64,000 bases of DNA, from positions 3,249,854 to 3,313,853 of the forward strand of contig NW_019091361.1 in NCBI RefSeq assembly GCF_001949145.1, given 5' to 3'. How positions within the stretch are numbered: the first letter of the stretch is position 1; every line of letters begins with the position of its first letter. The position numbers and the translations under genes were made by a program. Positions 62,401-64,000 of this stretch are shown piece after piece. This stretch comes from Acanthaster planci (taxonomy: Eukaryota). The notes under the pieces were generated by a model. That model did not search any database. It was not told the origin of the DNA and saw nothing but the letters and a program-made list of their open reading frames with translations.

Positions 62401-63996
62401 ACTTCCTCTTTATCTCTTTATACATTACAAGTACTTATGAAAACAGAGCTAGATGAACAAATCTTGGGGGATCCGAGAGCCACAAACTTTCCTTAGCTGA
62501 TTGCTTGCAGTACCCACTGCTGCATTTGATTGGAACCAGCCAGTCAATCCTGGAAATCTTGGAGGTCAAATAGTTAAAGTGTCCCGCATTGGTAAGGAGG
62601 AAGACTTGGGTTCAGATTCAACTGGAGCATGCTAAGCATGTGTTTCTTCTCAACTCTCGGACAACACTGAGAACATGGTGCGAATGTGCATGTCAGTGTA
62701 CGGGTAAAACCTAGAGTACAAGGCCGGTCTTTGTTGCTCTGTGGGTAGGGGGCGGAAGTGCAAGCCCATCTTCACCCAGATAGCCAAGCAGGTGGTGCGG
62801 ATGAAACCCGGCGACCTGCGCCTCCCTGCCCGAGCCTGGAAGGTCAAGCTGGTGGGGGAAGGGGCCGACGACGCTGGGGGGGTGTTCGATGACACCATCA
62901 CCGAAATGTGCCAGGAGCTGGAGACAGGCGTGGTGCCATTGCTGATAGCCACACCCAATGCTTCAGCCGACGCCGGCAGCAATCGGGACAGGTGAATTTG
63001 TCTCAGTTTGGAAGATGTCTGTGTTTGAATGCTTAGTCATTGTGGGGACAAGTGAGAGGGAGATTTGACAACAGTGCAAGGAAAGTGTTGAAAGCAGTGG
63101 TGTGACTACTGAGGGGTTCATGCCCCTAGCAGAGCCCCCCCCCATTTGAAATTTAAAAATGTACTTTTTTACAAGCCATAATTCACTGGCTTTCAGTGCC
63201 CTCCCAAAATAATTTGAAGAGATGTGTATCCCTGGGTTCCCCGAATGAAATTTCACCGTAATTATGCCAGTGGTTGGTTGTGGAGAATCTACGTGGTCTA
63301 TATTGATTTTGCGGAATTCCTGAAGTTTGTCAACCTTCACCGCCCCCCCTTCCCGCCAAACGTGACCCACTTTCATCTACTTCCATGGATTTTTGCATCT
63401 CACTTCTCATGCAACTGTCCTTTATCCGTCCTAAAGTAAAATTATTGCTTCTTTTCTCATCTTTTGTTTTCTTGCCAAAACAGTTCTTTCAATTTACGAG
63501 CCGAAATTTTATACAAATGCAACCTCCTAAGAACACGAGCAACTGCACAAAGCCAACATTGAGTCTTTTACTGAAGACAAACAGCTAGGGCTCACTCACC
63601 GAAAATGTCAAGAATCACAAGTAACTCACACTCACACCAGTAGCTGTGTTCAAAACCACTTCCGTCTTCAAGAACTAGATTATTGACGGCACTGTCAGAA
63701 ATGTTCCTCCTTCACAGTATATAGTCAGAAACATGAGTTAGAGTAAACCCAGTGATTGTGGCTGCCGCATTCACTGCCCCTTCTGAAACTAACTGAACTT
63801 TCCTTCCCCCCTTCGGCAACTCAGGTTCCTGTTGAACCCTTCCATGTGTTCTGAGGAACATCTCCTCCTCTTCAAGTTCCTGGGGGTTCTCCTTGGGGTG
63901 GCGGTGCGTACCAAGAAACCACTGGACCTTCACTTGGCCCCTATGGTCTGGAAGCAGCTGGCTGGAATGCCGTTGACCACTGAGGACCTAGAAGAG
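493..63996 (+). CDS. HERC1: HERC1-like giant HECT E3 ubiquitin ligase; partial multi-exon gene (start and stop codons outside the window)
   Basis: 63 exons read by eye with consistent phase at every junction: 493-660, 1810-2047, 2716-2859, 3931-4058, 4330-4474, 5239-5410, 6002-6136, 6866-7031, 7284-7409, 7757-7957, 8353-8505, 8954-9092, 9915-10106, 10787-11008, 11796-11969, 12230-12344, 27619-27854, 28731-28973, 29622-29701(or 29725), 30283-30463, 30973-31130 (GC donor), 31516-31749, 32312-32432, 33806-34049, 34678-34877, 35653-35820, 35966-36072, 36642-36998, 37433-37672, 38335-38418, 38702-39356, 39666-39867, 40234-41477(or 41501), 41720-41989, 42361-42459, 42597-42843, ~43015-43166, 43714-43886, 44523-44820, 45278-45475, 45915-46089, 46408-46690, 47641-47845, 48515-48848, 49403-49614, 50091-50294, 51015-51145, 51571-51770, 52451-52565, 52824-52979, 53562-53837, 54074-54622, 55203-55341, 56895-57076, [gap], 58452-58574, 58802-58904, 59736-59905, 60281-60355, 60691-60778, 61209-61351, 61752-61921, 62749-62991, 63825-63996. 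The domain order RLD-SPRY-UBA-WD40-RLD-HECT is the HERC1 architecture, not HERC2. Peptides such as [42 protein letters not shown] and [12 protein letters not shown] resemble vertebrate HERC1 as I recall it. Confidence 0.95.
690..815. mobile_element. Small MITE-like inverted-repeat element
   Basis: Left ctagggccgtgtccgaaa...ccagagctatggctaggtct is an imperfect reverse complement of right agacctagacctagctctag...tttggatgcagcctag. Confidence 0.55.
1194..1372 (-). mobile_element. GAGTAC-rich repeat, probably one end of a non-autonomous DNA transposon
   Basis: Many CGAGTA(C) units ending in ...gagtactacaacactgg. The reverse complement CAGTGTTGTAGTACTCG resembles a hAT-type CAGTG terminus with subterminal repeats. 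Confidence 0.45.
6002..12344 (+). CDS. HERC1: HERC1 exons after RLD1 (10 exons, 6002-6136 to 12230-12344), upstream of the large intron
   Basis: In-frame chain [14 protein letters not shown]...[13 protein letters not shown]...[20 protein letters not shown]...[13 protein letters not shown]...[19 protein letters not shown]...[18 protein letters not shown] donor at 12345. Confidence 0.9.
7555..7685 (+). mobile_element. SINE-like dispersed repeat (second copy at about 53880-54005)
   Basis: ccttccacctctg...gggtt...tgggttttcagt.cc...ttcca shared between this locus and 53880-54005. Confidence 0.5.
9788..9861. repeat. 37-bp direct tandem duplication
   Basis: aaatcctgatccagttcagc(c/t)tttactcgacccacat twice. 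Confidence 0.9.
13685..14006 (+). pseudogene. Decayed fragment (end of TM2 to start of TM5) of the same GPCR family, copy C
   Basis: atagcagtggagagattttcagctgttcatcatcc-ataacatatagagcatcagctagcaaaacaagagcagccaaagtatcagcaggactttggat aligns with about 22110-22210 and 17570-17660. It has a 1-nt deletion near 13823 and an in-frame TAA at 13902-13904. Confidence 0.85.
14205..14386 (+). repeat. 182-bp segment duplicated at 20031-20212
   Basis: Ungapped alignment with 5 mismatches counted by eye. Confidence 0.92.
14381..14620 (-). mobile_element. Probable 3' tail of a CR1/L2-type LINE
   Basis: On the - strand, a small hairpin (aagcctttgctttttaggctt) is followed by AATAAA and a TGTC/TCTG microsatellite. 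No reverse transcriptase ORF is visible. Confidence 0.4.
16202..16557. mobile_element. Foldback of about 356 bp (MITE-like), about 650 bp upstream of GPCR copy A
   Basis: ctcatgattcggggcaag (about 16308) pairs perfectly with cttgccccgaatcatgag (about 16436). The outer arms agccttttgcaagttaactttga and tcaaatttaactcgcaattggct pair imperfectly, as do tctggtacactga and tcagtgcaccaga. Confidence 0.7.
17211..18260 (+). CDS. Intronless class A (rhodopsin-like) orphan GPCR nested in the HERC1 intron, copy A; 3' end lost in assembly gap
   Basis: 350 open codons from aacATG to the gap. Seven hydrophobic segments with class A signatures: TM1 GLLLN, TM2 [11 protein letters not shown]3 [16 protein letters not shown]4 W, TM5 Y (IMYVCL), TM7 NSCIDPIIY, helix 8 NAEYRAAV and a Cys cluster CSCC. 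The ORF-track extension to 19205 is only read-through of Ns. Confidence 0.85.
18261..19175. other. Assembly gap truncating GPCR copy A
   Basis: Run of N. Confidence 1.
19448..19530 (+). mobile_element. tRNA-derived SINE head or tRNA pseudogene
   Basis: D arm ctcagttggtagag and T arm/B-box gcaggttcaaatcccgc are present, but the A-box start (TAGC) is deleted and the acceptor stem is imperfect. A more degenerate relative lies at about 55918-55985. Confidence 0.6.
20031..20212 (+). repeat. 182-bp segment duplicated at 14205-14386; part of a module also seen, diverged, near 13570 and 25961
   Basis: Direct alignment. The upstream aaggaacagctaagaaccggtcaagagcaat (19981) resembles about 13574 and 25966. 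Confidence 0.9.
21754..22892 (+). pseudogene. Intronless class A GPCR paralog, copy B, split by a 1-nt frameshift near 22294 (pseudogene or assembly error)
   Basis: ORFs 21724-22299 and 22296-22892 are the two halves of one 7TM protein colinear with copy A ([46 protein letters not shown] | [32 protein letters not shown]). The ATG at 21754 aligns with the copy A ATG. The junction reads 'gtt acg cg ttg att ttg gga', one base short of copy A. Confidence 0.8.
22924..22986 (-). mobile_element. Degenerate tRNA-derived SINE-like sequence just 3' of GPCR copy B (homolog at 14975-15033)
   Basis: Reverse complement carries A-box-like TGGCACAGTGG and B-box-like GGTTCGAGTC; the 14975 copy has GGTTCGAATCC. 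Confidence 0.45.
27619..36072 (+). CDS. HERC1: HERC1 central exons (11 exons), resuming after the 15.3-kb intron
   Basis: [101 protein letters not shown]. The phase continues exactly from exon 12230-12344. Confidence 0.88.
28490..28573 (+). mobile_element. Probable L2/CR1 LINE (or partner SINE) 3' terminus with (ATT)n tail
   Basis: tgtacagcgcttggg...gggcactttgtaaatgtcaattatta followed by (tat)n resembles the stem-loop plus microsatellite end of L2/CR1 elements. Confidence 0.45.
36642..39356 (+). CDS. HERC1: HERC1 SPRY/B30.2 domain exons plus a K/D/E-rich linker
   Basis: [67 protein letters not shown]...[48 protein letters not shown]. Confidence 0.93.
39666..47845 (+). CDS. HERC1: HERC1 exons between SPRY and WD40, including a UBA-like helix bundle (42361-42843) and a Cys/His module (44523-44820)
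   Basis: [42 protein letters not shown]-like [19 protein letters not shown]...[13 protein letters not shown]...HMRLQHPGC...[28 protein letters not shown]. Confidence 0.88.
48515..53837 (+). CDS. HERC1: HERC1 WD40-repeat exons
   Basis: [85 protein letters not shown]. Confidence 0.9.
53880..54005 (+). mobile_element. SINE-like dispersed repeat (related to 7555-7685)
   Basis: ccttccacctctgtgacctgggttgaaattcc...ctgggttttcagtccctaaattcca, with a degenerate B-box-like GGTTGAAATTCC. Confidence 0.5.
54074..60778 (+). CDS. HERC1: HERC1 RCC1-like domain 2 (RLD2) exons; one repeat probably hidden in the gap
   Basis: [22 protein letters not shown]...[73 protein letters not shown]...[25 protein letters not shown]. 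Confidence 0.93.
56113..56180 (+). repeat. Repeat of about 67 bp ending in GGGGTTAA; inverted partner at 57351-57417
   Basis: tggccaagcgaggctggaattctttgagtcggctttcgggaaaaaattcccgtcgtcaaggggttaa matches the reverse complement of 57351-57417 with scattered mismatches. Confidence 0.85.
56660..56833. mobile_element. 174-bp palindromic MITE-like element bounded by TA
   Basis: Arms of about 70 bp: tacggccgtttcacaatggtgcaccaccaagagtttgcaacgcgttggccaatca versus tgattggccaacatgttgcaaattcttggtggcgcactattgtgaatcgcccgta. Confidence 0.8.
57351..57417 (-). repeat. Inverted copy of 56113-56180
   Basis: ttaactccttgacgacaggaacttttttctgaaagccaactctgagaattccagcctcgcttggcca. Confidence 0.85.
57568..58433. other. 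Assembly gap within the RLD2 region of HERC1
   Basis: Run of N. Confidence 1.
61209..63996 (+). CDS. HERC1: HERC1 pre-HECT linker and N-terminal part of the HECT domain
   Basis: [30 protein letters not shown]...NRDR|FLLNP...[30 protein letters not shown]; a GT donor at 63997 shows the gene continues beyond the window. Confidence 0.95.
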
Positions 63997-64000
63997 GTAA

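Noticed and set aside
47440..63150. G/C-run intronic patches (about 47500, 49680-49875, 51890-52160, 61450-61575, 63095-63145) as G-quadruplex regulatory elements
   Set aside because: They look like decayed non-autonomous transposon ends; neither boundaries nor function can be supported by eye.
493..63996. HERC2, or several separate RCC1, SPRY and WD40 genes
   Set aside because: All exons chain in one frame. SPRY plus WD40 with two RLDs, and no recognisable cytochrome b5, CPH or DOC domain, indicates HERC1.

Overview
Eukaryotic genomic DNA, probably an invertebrate deuterostome such as an echinoderm (inferred, not proven), with two assembly gaps (18261-19175, 57568-58433). The whole window lies inside one + strand gene, the giant HECT E3 ubiquitin ligase HERC1. 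I could chain 63 phase-consistent exons from the first RCC1-like domain through SPRY, UBA-like, a Cys/His module, WD40 and the second RCC1-like domain into the start of HECT. The start and stop codons lie outside the window, and one RCC1-repeat exon is probably hidden in the second gap. The most unusual feature is a 15.3-kb HERC1 intron (12345-27618) holding a same-strand tandem array of intronless class A GPCR genes: one open copy running into a gap, one full-length copy with a 1-nt frameshift, one decayed fragment, and an 'empty' unit that keeps only the flanks. These receptors have atypical motifs and a 17-aa C-terminal repeat. Other features are a GC-AG intron, inverted repeats bracketing one exon, MITE-like foldbacks, tRNA-derived SINE-like copies, LINE-like tails and a 33-bp minisatellite.
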